A program made the translations under genes and the position numbers. Below are positions 11,601-22,899 of a DNA stretch of 37,669 nucleotides, piece after piece. Every line of letters starts with the position of its first letter. The stretch's first letter is position 1. The DNA lies in NCBI GenBank assembly GCA_020536535.1, contig JAHLWZ010000961.1, positions 1 through 37,669 on the forward strand, in the 5' to 3' direction. The notes beneath the pieces are model-generated. The model had not been told where the DNA came from. It made no database searches and saw only the letters and a list, made by a program, of their open reading frames with translations. The DNA comes from Pelomyxa schiedti (lineage: Eukaryota > Protista > Evosea).

Positions 11601-12901
11601 GACCAACTGAAATAGACTTATTAAGAGTACAGAAATTAGTAAGAGTACTGTGCAGAAGAAATGCAAGAGCGGGGTACACTGAAATCTCCATAAATAACTC
11701 TGTAAGATGTAAGAAGCAAAACGCCTTCATAAGGTTTTCTATGTCGACACCGTGCATCAACTTTTTGAGAGGATTAGCTTCCAAAACGGGACAGAGGAAT
11801 AACTCCCACAGTTTAAATATTTTTAACATTTGCTTGAACTTATACAGAAAGAAAAAGCAGCACCAAACCGGCAAGCACACGCTTCTCTCCAGTAAAAAGG
11901 ATGTCCGCGTCACTGAAATTTGTATTATCACCCATCAAACTTGATAGAGACTGTTGTAATGACACAGTTCTACCAGAGTGCTCAAATGGTTGTGTACTGG
12001 GAAAATGGGTCTTTGTAACTTTTTGGGAGCTAGATGCACTCTCCTTCAGGATGCAAGAGTTTACCATACGACCCGTGGATGGGGACATAGTGGTATGCGG
12101 TGCAATAGTGAGTGGTATTTCAGGAGAAAAAGTTCCTATAGGAGCTCCACTTGGTACTGATACTGGCCGGATAGGTGTTTCATGAAAACCGTTTGGTGAA
12201 ATCGGGTTTGACAGTGCAATAGGACCCAGTGTAACGGTTGTTTCAGAGGCAGTGTTCTCTTTCTTCTCCTGAGTTGCTGTCACTTGGACCTGATTCTCAT
12301 CGCCTACACAAGTGTCCAGTTCTTCAGGACTATCGCTGTCAGAATTGTCGTCTGTTACATCTTCGAGGTTTTCTGGTCTTGGTGAGGTCGATGGAGAAAA
12401 AGGTGGAGACATTTGTTTAGGAGTATCTGGTGGTGAAGGGCTGTTCTCTGCGTTCCGATATGGAGAATCAATTGCAGTAATGTTTACGGGGTGTTTTTGG
12501 AGTGATGCCAATTTGAGGAGCAAGGAGTTTGGTTGCAGTGTTTTATAGTGAGGGGCTTTGTTGCGAGAAGTGCATGAGGGGTCTGCTGTTCTCTTGAAAT
12601 AGTCAAGTGTCATAGTTACATTAGGGGTGCCCGTGTAACTATTTGTTGTTTGTGCAGGGGACGTCAAGCAGCCAGAGTTGTTTGCAGTCGTCGGCGAATT
12701 GAAATCAAACGCCGATGTCACTATTCGCACACGCAGCTGGCGGTTTCGGTACGCAACAGAGCGGTTTGCGCTTATTCTTTCCTCAAGCGACAATGTCGGT
12801 TTATCCACCTCACCAACAGAAGAAGATCGCACCAGTGTCTGTGGTTCATCAGTAATTGGCGGCGTCGCAGATCTCGACAAAGGCGGCGGCGACCCCTCCA
12901 T
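8665..12901 (-). CDS. Myotubularin-related phosphoinositide 3-phosphatase (active signature), multi-exon, with Ser/Pro-rich termini and a coiled coil
   Basis: Catalytic LVHCSDGWDRTA at ~10480-10515. Also GRIPALTWRHP, LRSAQPCVG, IMDARPRVNA, ENVHVMRSA, EKDWLSFGHMF, ERSPIFIQFLDCV. Confidence 0.92.
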
Positions 12902-13172
12902 GCCTTGTTTTTTTTTTCGTTTTGTTTTTTGTTTTACCCGCAGGATCTTGTAAATGTATGTATTCTTCCCCTTAACCGTTTTAAAGACGTGAGTACCCGG
13001 CGGGCAGATCGTTCCTGGAAGACATCGAAAAAAGATCGGAAGGGAAGAGAAATAAATATATTTTCGGTTTTTCTAGTGGATTGCAACGAGGATTGCACTC
13101 CGAATACACGACAGTTACGACTACGACTGTTTGTTGTTGTTAGTGAGTTTGAAAGATCATTTAACATGTACG

Positions 13173-13856
13173 TTAACGCCTCTACGAGATCTTCACTAAT
13201 AGTAAAGTACATGTAGGGAATGAGTACTCACATGTTCACCCTTGACCTCGTCATGTGGGGCATCGACGACAGCACCTTCGTCGTGGTGCTCGACCTTCGC
13301 ATCGACGGTGACTTCTTTCTTGTCAGGAGACGACGTCCCGTGCTTGTGGTGGTGATGGTGGCGTCGGTGCTTCTTGCCATCAATCAGAGGCTCACTTGCT
13401 GTAGTTTTGTTGGTGTAAGCTTAGCTCAGCTAATGACACTTCTTAGTTTCTTACACAGCTTTTATTTATTTAATAACAGTCTCCTCACCGTGCCCTCCCA
13501 ATAGTATTAGTAGGATATTATTCACTGTATCTAGGCCATGCACTCCTAGATATGTATTACATGACTGCTGTACCTTTTTTAGGAGGAACGCAAGGCAAAC
13601 AGCAGCAGCAGGTTCGACAAAACTGCGAGCATATGCCTGACTTGTGATGCTCCTTCTTGTGGTGATGCTGATGCTCCCCCGAAGCACTACTACTGGAACT
13701 ACTTGCACTCGTTGTGGTAGTGGTACTTGTACTCGTGGTACTTGTGCTCGCCGCTACCATGGTATGTATTATCGAGTTAGAAACAGGCACACCAACGGCT
13801 GTGGTCCCCTTTTACCCTCACATACGTGCAAGAGGCGTTTCTGCGGTTTCGGTCAT
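13173..13856 (-). CDS. Small hypothetical protein with a cysteine string and His-rich tracts (exon structure tentative)
   Basis: ATG at 13856, GT-AG introns. Spliced product includes HQHHHKKEHHKSGICSQFCRTCCCCLPCVPPKK and KKHRRHHHHHKHG. Confidence 0.55.
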
Positions 13857-13957
13857 GTTGCTTTTTATTATGTAACTCGAAAAAAAGTTGAGCTTTTCAC
13901 ACACAAATTTGCTTTACGCGAAGTGAAGCCGAAGGGCTTCTGATCAGATAAGGGGGT

Positions 13958-15576
13958 TCACTGTTTTGTTATCCATGTCAAACATACAACATTCTTGGGG
14001 TCCAGGTTGTGACTGGTTATAACCTCTTGCATGGTTGTGGTTGAGCCCAAAACTGTACCGTTTAGTCTGACTTCAACCTAGTATTTGGGTGGGTAAGGAA
14101 TGAATGTTTGGGGGAATAATGAGTGAGTACCTGTGTGGGTGGTGCTATGGGTAGTAATTGCATTATGATGAGTTGCACTGTGTGAATTGTTGCTTGTGTA
14201 GTTGTCTTGAAGTATTTTGAGGGCAGGTTACGAGGGTCACTTTCACTTTTTTTTGTTGTAAGGAAAAATAGATGATTTTGGAGAAACTTACGTTGGATCC
14301 CTTGTTAATCTAAAGCATACATAGGAGGAATAGTGGTCTTGATTGAGTTTCTTTGCAGTTGGCATTCGTTCTTTTTTGGTAATGTCATATTTCAAGTAGG
14401 TCAAATTGGATGAAGCTCGTTTTTCTATGGAATTTGAGGAATAACAGAGGCTATTACACAAAGAACAGAACAAACCATCTTCAGTGGGAACTGGAAGATT
14501 TCTGGCCTTGTAGAATTCTCGCTTTTTGTTGTTGGTTGGTTCTTGGGTGTTTGTTGGTTTTGATTTATCTCGTTTTTAAGAAAATAGTTTGATATTTGAG
14601 AGGTGTTTCTTACCTCTAGAGTTTTTTCTCTTTCAGCAGCCTGTGGTAGTAACCGGTCAACGATTGTCTGTATCGGTCCGTCTTGCCTGTGTGAGAATTA
14701 GAATCCGGAATTATGACTTGAGCTTGATGGTACTTACTTTACATAAACAAGAGGGTTTGGTTTTAGAGAAATGTGGCATACAGGGCAATCATCATGAATT
14801 ATGACAGAGTCAACGTTGAGGTAATACTTGAAAATGCAACTTTTACAAACTTGTGCCATTGTTACAACCTCCCATAAATCCCCCCCACAAAACAACAACA
14901 ACAACAACAAAAAAAAAAAACCACAATATTGAAACCTATGAAAAATAGGGGGAAAGAAAAAAAAAAAAAAAAAAAAAAACCCAAAGAGGGAGGGACCATA
15001 TCACACAGTGTTCATACAAGTGTGTAGGCACTCGGCTATGGTGTGTGCATCACGAAAGTACCCCCGGCACAGCGGGCACACCAGGAACTTCCCCACCACC
15101 TTGGCCGACACCGCCATCGTGCTTCCCCCTCTCTTCCTCGGCGCCGTGGCAGCCGGCGTCGTCGCCGTCGATGCCACGGTCTCGGCCGGCGTCGGCGTCG
15201 GCGTCGCGGCCCTGGCCCCCGCCACGCCCGCGGCAGCGCTTGCTGGTGCAGTTGCAGCTGCTTCCTGTGACGTCATCGCGGCGTCCTGGGCGCCGCCATC
15301 GGCGCTGGCCGCGGGCTCGCCGGGCGGCGGCTGCGACGACGACGACGAGGAGGAGGAGGCGGAGGCGGAGGCGGGCTGTTGCTCGTGCTCGTGCTTGGGC
15401 ACCACGCCGTCTGTGCACATGGGCTCGGGGCACTGGTGCTCGTGGGTGGTGTCTGGTCGGTCACTGTCCTTGGCCTTCTCCTCAACCATGTCCGTGGTGG
15501 TCGTGATCGTGGTCATGTTGTTGGTGGTTGTCATCTGGGCTGTGCTTTGGTCATCCGGCTGTGGCGCAGCCGACAT
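13958..15576 (-). CDS. PCGF: Polycomb group RING finger protein (PCGF/BMI1-like), RING + RAWUL; 6 introns
   Basis: Spliced RING: [32 protein letters not shown]...CPVC, followed by KQDGPIQTIVDRLLPQAAEREKTLEREFYK. C-terminal RAWUL-like segment KYFKTTTQATIHTVQLII...VEVRLNGTVLGSTTTMQEV. Confidence 0.87.
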
Positions 15577-15861
15577 GGAAAACAGCGAATTTGGGTGTGT
15601 TAAGAGGCAATGGGAGAATGAGATTTTTCTGTGTGGAAGGAACACTAAGTCTTGTCTGACCAGTCAGTGAGAGGCACCTGGAGTCTTGTACAAAAAGTGG
15701 CTGAGGAACACCTACCTATTCAAGCAATCACAGATGAATTAAAAAAGGAAAAATCGAACGGGAAAAATATTTCGATCACACCGCTCAAACAAACACAAGG
15801 AACAAACGAGCCGGGGAGTTCCTTCTTTGTTTTTTACTACGAAATGTTACGGCGTAGAATC

Positions 15862-18088
15862 ATGAAGAGTGCTGCCAACCTCATGGGGGTAAGTCCTTTT
15901 TTTTTTCTGGAAGGCTTGTGTTCTGATGAAAGCCTAATGCCGTTGTACTTTCTAGGATCGCTATGAGGTTGATGACCTCACTCCGTCCATGTTTGAAAGG
16001 CACGAGAACAACTGCGGCGTGAAGCTCTACGAGGACGCTAAAGGGTACAACCACTGCTGGAACGATGTGTCCGATGATATGGAGGCCGCAAGGCAGTTCA
16101 TTTACATCACAGGCTGGAGCGTAGACACTTCAACCAAACTCAGGCGCAAACCCCCAAAACCAACAGGCACTCCTGCCACTTCTACTCCTACTTCTTCTAC
16201 TTCCACTTCTACTTCAACTTCCGCTTCCACTACAACTGCGTCTTCGGCTACGGCTGAGACTGAGGATTTGACAAATTCGTTTGCGCAGTTGCTTAGGACG
16301 TCGAGCATTGGGGCTAGTTTGAGAACAAGCAGTGTTGGGGTGGACACTGGGGGCGAAACAATTGGAGAGTTGCTAAAGAGAAAGGCTGGGCAGGGCGTCC
16401 GCGTGCTGATTCACGTTTGGGACGAAAAGACCAGCGGGAAGCTCGGTCTGATTCAGGGAATAGCTAAAACTCACGACGAGGAAACTCGCATGTACTTTGA
16501 GAGGACCCCAGTGGCTGTATGTTCCCACTAACCATTAACGAACAAAAATTCTCTTTTTGGACTTCTAAGGTTCTGGTAGGTATGCCTATCATATCGCCAT
16601 GATGCTGCGAAGGCCAGTGGAGCTACGTTCCTGTTTTCGCATCACCAGAAAACAATCATAATGGATGCTCCTCCCAAAGGGCCAGGCCAGAGGCCAAGGA
16701 TTATTGCCTATGTTGGTGGCCTGGATTTAACCACTGGAAGATATGACACCCCTCACCACCACTTGTTCTCGACTATTGACACCCGTCACCAGAATGACTT
16801 CTACCATGTACAAATCTACTCACGTTTTACTATTCATATTCACTTATACAAAGACTTGGGGATTACATCGCACTGTTGGGCCAAGACAACCCTGGCACGA
16901 TATCCATATGAGAGTGCACGGTCCCATAGCGTGGGACGTCTTACAGAACTTTGAGCAGAGATGGAAGAAACAATCTAATCGCCCCGACTGTTTACTTCGT
17001 CTTGATCGTGCTAGTTATGACTTAACTGCAGACCCAGCAGCTGGTACTTGGTGGGTACAAAATCATTACAAACAACAACCAACCAGAAAATAAGGACTTG
17101 CACTCTTCTTCGATCAATTGATAAGTTTTCTGCTGAGGGAGTGGAAGACGTTGAAAGCGGCATCCAGCTTGCCTACGTAGATGTTATTCGAAGCGCAAGA
17201 GAATTCCTTTACATTGAGAACCAGTATTTCCTTGGCTCCGCACATAATTGGGTCTTGCCTAATGCTGTTCCATGCTGCAATCACATTCCATGGGAGATAA
17301 CCAAGCGAATCATTTCTAGTATTGAAACAAGAAGGCCATTCCGAGTATTCGTTGTTATTCCGCTCTTTCCTGAAGGCAATCCTGAGACTGCAGCCCTACA
17401 AGAAATCCTTCACTGGGAGTACAAAACCATGCACATGATGTACCACAATATCGCAAAAGCTCTTCACGAAGCAAAGAAGCAAAAACAAAAGCACGGTGGC
17501 CCAGACATTCCTTGGCATCCTCGGGACTACTTGAACTTCTTCTGCTTGGGTAATAGGGAGAAAATGCCAGCAGACAGGATTCCTCCTGGAACTACTTTGC
17601 CTGATATGCACCTCCGCCTCGTACAATCACAGCGATTTATGATCTATGTGCACAGCAAAATGATGATCGCCGATGATAACGCGATCATTATTGGCTCGGC
17701 AAACATAAACGAGCGCAGCATGAACGGCGCCCGAGATACTGAAATCGCAGTACTGGCAAGCCCTTCAAACGCCGCCTCGGCTCAGGACATACAAAAACTG
17801 AGGCTGGCCCTTTGGAAAGAGCACACTGGGGTCGTGCAGCCAGAGTTTGAACGTCCCAACAACCCTCAGGCCATTGCAACCCTAAGGGAGATTGGGAAGC
17901 AAAATTGGAAGGTCTATTCAGCGCCTACTTTCGCGCCGATGACGTCACACTTGATGAACTACCCCATGGAAATAGACGAGGACGGCGACATTTCTTATCC
18001 ACTCAAGCACTTCCCTGACACCACGGCGCTCATCTGTGGTGCTTCGTCCACAGTAACCTTTCTTTTCCAAAACACAACTAAATTCTAA
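15862..18088 (+). CDS. PLD: Phospholipase D, plant PLDalpha/delta-like core without a C2 domain; 4 introns (alternative start 15844)
   Basis: Two HKD motifs, [11 protein letters not shown] and [12 protein letters not shown]. Also [65 protein letters not shown]. Confidence 0.95.
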
Positions 18089-18434
18089 CCCACACTCCAA
18101 TAGACAATGCCAGACATGTTGACTACGTAACGTCACTGAACATGATTCGGCCAAAAAAACAATTTCTTTTTTTTCATGCCTCTAAATTCCGTCCGCATGG
18201 TTACCCAGTATCAAGTGGGCTAACACATGAACAGGAAGGAACCAACAAAAGTAGGAGCGGAAGGTAAAAACAACAAAGAAGGGAGCTGGTTTTGATGATT
18301 AATCAGCAGCAGTTCAGCTCATGGGGATATTCGGTAGTAATGACTGACAGTCGTCATTGACCAGGTGAGTCTTCTGCTTGCTGTGCTGATCTTCCGGGAA
18401 TGATTCTCGGAAGGCGAGCAGTTTCCCATCCGAA

Positions 18435-19721
18435 ATGGACACGAGTATGCAGGAACGGTACTGTAGACAGACCACAATCCAAGGGTTTGGAGTGTCAGGT
18501 AACTATTTTCGAAATCCTTAAACATTGTGTGCTGCGTTGAACACTGACAACTGCAGGACAAGAGAGGCTTATGCAAGGATCAGTTGTGGTAGTTGGTGCT
18601 GGGGGACTGGGGTCACCTGTCCTTCTGTACCTGGCTGGTGTGGGAGTGGGTATGTGATGTTTGTTTACAAATGTGGTGTGAGTGGGAGCTGGGGTGGATT
18701 TGGAGTGTCCTTACAGCGGCGCTCTTTTCCCCTGGAACAGGAAGGATTGGTATATGTGATGATGACTGCGTATCTGTTTCGAACTTGCCACGACAAGTCA
18801 TACACTGTGAATCAAATGTTGGGAAAAACAAAGCCGTGAGTGCTAAGGAAAGAATGATGAGGTTCCTTGGCACCTCTTGCTACTTTTCATCTAAACCTTT
18901 GCAGTCTCAATTCGCACTCCACATATGATGTGTACCCAGCAAGGATCACCGCTGAGAATGTTTTTTCAATAATTGTCAAGTTCTACCTTCTTTCAGACAG
19001 CTACAGCTGACAATACCCCCAAGGTACGATGTAGTAGTTGATGCCACTGATAACTTTGCTGCAAGGTAAGTGTTTGTTCACATTAGTCCGAACTTAATTG
19101 AGAAAGATACTTGCTGAATGATGCCTGTATAGTTCTCAAGAAACCACTTGTTTCTGCTGCTGTACTGCGCTTTGAGGGACAAGTAATTACTACCACAAGA
19201 GGCATCATTTTCACATCAAAAAAAAAAATACAGATCACTGTCTACTCATACAAAGGCGGACCATGTTACCGGTGCCTCAATCCTTCCCCTCCCCCACCCA
19301 GTTCAATAGTTCCATGTGCCTCTGCTGGTGTTATGGGGCCTGGTACGCTTCAAAACGCTCATAACAACACACCTCAATTAATTCACATGAAACAGTACCC
19401 GGCGTTGTGGGATGCCTTGAAGCTGTAGAGGTTGTAAAAATTCTCACCCAGGTTGGAGGTGTGGATTCCAACTGCGAATTTTCAAAAAGAGTAACACTAA
19501 TGCTGACTGAACATCAGAACCTTTGAGTGGGCGGATGCTCCTCTATGACGGTCTTAATGCCACTTCCCGTGTTCTGCGAGTAAGTACCTAAACGCCACAA
19601 ACCCATAATGAACACCCCAAAACAAAAGACAAGGCCAAAGCAAGACACATGCCCCTGCAGTCAAAATCCCCAAGAAGAATTTGTTTCCGGCAATGCCTCT
19701 TTTTATGCCTCCCTACTTTGA
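18435..19721 (+). CDS. ThiF/MoeB/MOCS3(UBA4)-family E1-like adenylyltransferase without a C-terminal rhodanese domain; ~9 introns; start uncertain
   Basis: Spliced: ERYCRQ...GFGVSGQERL...[43 protein letters not shown]...[21 protein letters not shown]...GPCYRCL...[24 protein letters not shown]. Confidence 0.9.
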
Positions 19722-19758
19722 AAAAAAACAAGCCAAAATTTGTTGTGCTGATAACTCC

Positions 19759-21074
19759 TCAACGTGAAACAAATTTCACAAGTACAAACGCAACAACAAG
19801 TAGGATAAGGAGTGGCAGAACATGGCTTATGGGAATGACACCCAGCCAGGACTTGATAGCACACACAGAGTTGTGGTGGATTTCTGAAGTTGTCCAGTTG
19901 TTCTGAGGGCAATCAGAACCCGTTGGAATGACTATATCAGCCGGCTGAGTTGCCCTAGTGATTACATCTGGCGGTGGTAGTGGCATTGAGGTATGGAATT
20001 GGCGGCCCTGGGCACATGGAACCCTCAGTGCTTTGAAGGGGCACAGTGCAACACACCGGGAACAGCCGAGGCAGTTGCGAGATATTGAAGGGGTTCCGCT
20101 ATCCGGTAGTGTGATTGCACTGACCGGACAAACTCTGGTGCAGAGGCCGCACTTGGTGCACATAGAAGTATCCACTCTTACACGCCCTACAATGTGGGGT
20201 AACATCTGGTATTATGGTGTGAGGTGAGAAAAAGGAGTAGGTGGCATACCGATGGCTTGAAAAGCCTGGCACTGAAACGCTCCCAGAGTGTAGGGGATAG
20301 TTGGGAGACCTAACAAAAGTGTTATATGATTGGCATTGTGGTTTGAGTCATCTTACGGGGGTGAAAGAATTGTCTGCAATGGCTTTCTTGAGTGATGAAC
20401 CAAAATTAGTAAACTGTTCTATCTCTGTGTATCCCCATTTCCATTGTTTCCCTTTCTGGGGAAGGTTCCATGGGAAAGTTGGTGGAGCTCTTGAATAGCA
20501 CAGCTGAGCAAAAACAGTCCCTCCTTTTATGGAGATTAAGTTTTTTAGCTGTTCGCCGGCCATGATCGCTGAGGATGATGCCGTGACAACCACAAAGCAA
20601 CGTTTTTGCTGGAAATAATCATCTCCTAGCTTGGTATAACCAATTAGGGAAAAAAATTACCAGGTAACATAAAAACAAACTGAGCCAGAAAGAAAGAAAA
20701 TGGCCTCCCATAATACTAGTGATAAAACATACCCTGAGCATCAAAGCAACGAAAGGCGGTGGCAGCTGTGAGCACCACACAGGGGCCGCGAAGCCAACAA
20801 TGTCGGATACCATAATGGCGTCTCTGGTGGCAATAAACTGGCACTTGTCGCAGCAGCCACACGGGGAGGCCCCGCTACAATACGCATTGAGAACGGCTGC
20901 TGCGTTTTGCAATTGTGGGTGCTCCTTGAACCACGAGTAGCGCGAGGCCGGCACAGCGTCGACGAGGTCGACCGCCGAAAATGGAGCCGGTGGAGCCATG
21001 AGCTCACGTGCAATTGATGCACAAGCTAGCCTCGTGTTCCCAGTGTGCGAATAGCACACAAGGCACCCCTTCAT
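19759..21074 (-). CDS. EFR1-type flavodoxin + 2[4Fe-4S] ferredoxin fusion with a C-terminal transmembrane tail; 3 introns
   Basis: YSHTGNT FMN loop; DIVGFAAPVW; CTKCGLCTRVCP and CLGCSRCVALCP cluster motifs; hydrophobic tail VLPLLILLVVAFVLVKFVSR*. Confidence 0.85.
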
Positions 21075-21400
21075 CGATCAAAAAAGAACGGCGTTCTTCG
21101 CGGTTGAAATCTTGAAGATTTTGGAGGGTTCTCGGTTGCTGGTGAGATAGACTTTAGATCGCGGGATTAGAATGGCAAGAGATTCCACCAAAGCTAAGCT
21201 TGACACCTTTGGCACCATTCCCCTGCGTAGCATTTATCAGATCTCCGTTTCAACGAGATCACAATGGTAGTTAAATTGGTTGAGAAATTGAGTGTTGAAT
21301 AAAGTATTGTTGCGTTTGAGTTATTTGGTCTTGTGAAGGAAAAGCTAAGTCGCTATTACGAGCGTCGTGTAGGAGAAACACGAGTGGGGAAAGGAAAAAC

Positions 21401-22621
21401 ATGGACGACACACCTGGAACACAGCCCATTATTACGGTTCACCTCAATGCACGAGAGCAGTTTTTTGCTCTGGCAGTTTCGTCCCACGTTCATTGCGGTG
21501 CCAAAAGCCTCGCCCGCGGGGTCACGTCCCGGCCGGTGCTGTTGCGGTACTTATGGGACCTGCTGTTCTCGCCCCCGCCCACAATTGCGTTCGGCGTGGT
21601 CGTTTCCGCGCTCATGTCCACCGCCGAAGCCGTCCGCAGCAAAATAATGTCGTTCAGCGTGTCTTCCACACTCGGGGGCGTTTTGACAGAACCCCCGGTC
21701 TACGTCAGTATCGTGTGGCAGGACAACACCGAGGACTTCGGATTTACGTGTGTGAGGGACCTTTCTGGAAGCCAGTTATGGGTCGTGGAGAAGCTCAGGG
21801 TAAAGGCGCAACAGGCAACGGTTTACTGGAAAAGGCTTATCACAAGCAGAGACCACGTGATGAGGTTCCTGGAACACATTGAATCAATGGATTCTGTCAA
21901 TGCAGTGAGTAGCAAGTGGCTGATTCATGGTGACTTGGGAAGAGCTGGTCTGGAAGTGCGCAGCCTTTTTACGCTTGAGGACAGCGCAAAGACATTGGGG
22001 ATTCCGGATGGCGGCCCTGGAACACTGGAAAGTGTACCACCAGAAAGAATGTTCTTCAACAGGAACAACTGGGATGAGGCTGTGGTTGTGACCCAGGGAT
22101 ACGTTTTTGTGGTGATTGATGTGGCACAGTCATTTAATGATGGGGTTGCGAAAGTATTGAGCGAGACACGGTGGAATAAATCAAGTTCATTCGGCGACAT
22201 GGAGAAAGTGCTGGTGTTCAACATGAAGAAGAAGGGTAGTGGCTCCCAGAGGCGGTTTATTGTTCTGGTGGAATCTTGGGAGGACTTTGGTTTTGCATTG
22301 TTTTATGTTGATGAGGGCACTGGAACTTCGGAGAAGATCTGTGCCCAGGTCTGGGGGCTGTCACAGCTGAACGAAACCATGTTCTGCGTGTCACTACCCA
22401 CAAAGTATGAATTGTGGGATGTAAACAACACAGAGAACCCACTGTGGAGCTTTCCGCTTGGAAATGCACGAATTGTCACGGCAGAGTGCGGATTCCTGTT
22501 TCGTTGCACAGAGGGTGGGGCTGTGGTTGAAGTGACGCAGGCATCAACAGGAAACCTCGTGGTGTCCCTCAGCCACCTTCCCCCCAAGAACACAACCTCT
22601 ATCTCTGGATTTGTTTTCTAA
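21401..22621 (+). CDS. Intronless hypothetical protein of the AR(D/E)QFxALA family, possible beta-propeller
   Basis: 406-aa uninterrupted ORF. N-terminal LNAREQFFALA...HCG and motif SVSSTLGGV are shared with 28190-29398. Confidence 0.8.
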   Translation: MDDTPGTQPIITVHLNAREQFFALAVSSHVHCGAKSLARGVTSRPVLLRYLWDLLFSPPPTIAFGVVVSALMSTAEAVRSKIMSFSVSSTLGGVLTEPPVYVSIVWQDNTEDFGFTCVRDLSGSQLWVVEKLRVKAQQATVYWKRLITSRDHVMRFLEHIESMDSVNAVSSKWLIHGDLGRAGLEVRSLFTLEDSAKTLGIPDGGPGTLESVPPERMFFNRNNWDEAVVVTQGYVFVVIDVAQSFNDGVAKVLSETRWNKSSSFGDMEKVLVFNMKKKGSGSQRRFIVLVESWEDFGFALFYVDEGTGTSEKICAQVWGLSQLNETMFCVSLPTKYELWDVNNTENPLWSFPLGNARIVTAECGFLFRCTEGGAVVEVTQASTGNLVVSLSHLPPKNTTSISGFVF

Positions 22622-22899
22622 TAATGGTGGCTCTGTGTCGTTGCAACTGCAACGCTCCCAAAACCACCTTTTCCTGATAAAGTTGGTTTTGGTAAAGGAG
22701 GGTTGTGTAAAGAAAATAATCATTTTTTAAAACAAACAGAAAAACCAAGCTCGACCCAGCAACTTGGTTGTCGACACCGGGTTGTACAACCCGCCCAAAT
22801 GGGCAATATCCATGTCCAAGGGTCTGCAATGAGGGTCATTCCCAGTTGAGTTTTTTTCTGTTTTTAGTCATTAGTTGACTTGACCCAGCATCCACTGAA

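Noticed and set aside
12934-13212. 92-aa minus-strand ORF
   Set aside because: It spans an intron and intergenic DNA and has no coding features.
18435-21074. MoeB-like gene and Fe-S flavoprotein as a functional cluster
   Set aside because: They are convergent, separately spliced genes with no evidence of co-transfer or a shared pathway.
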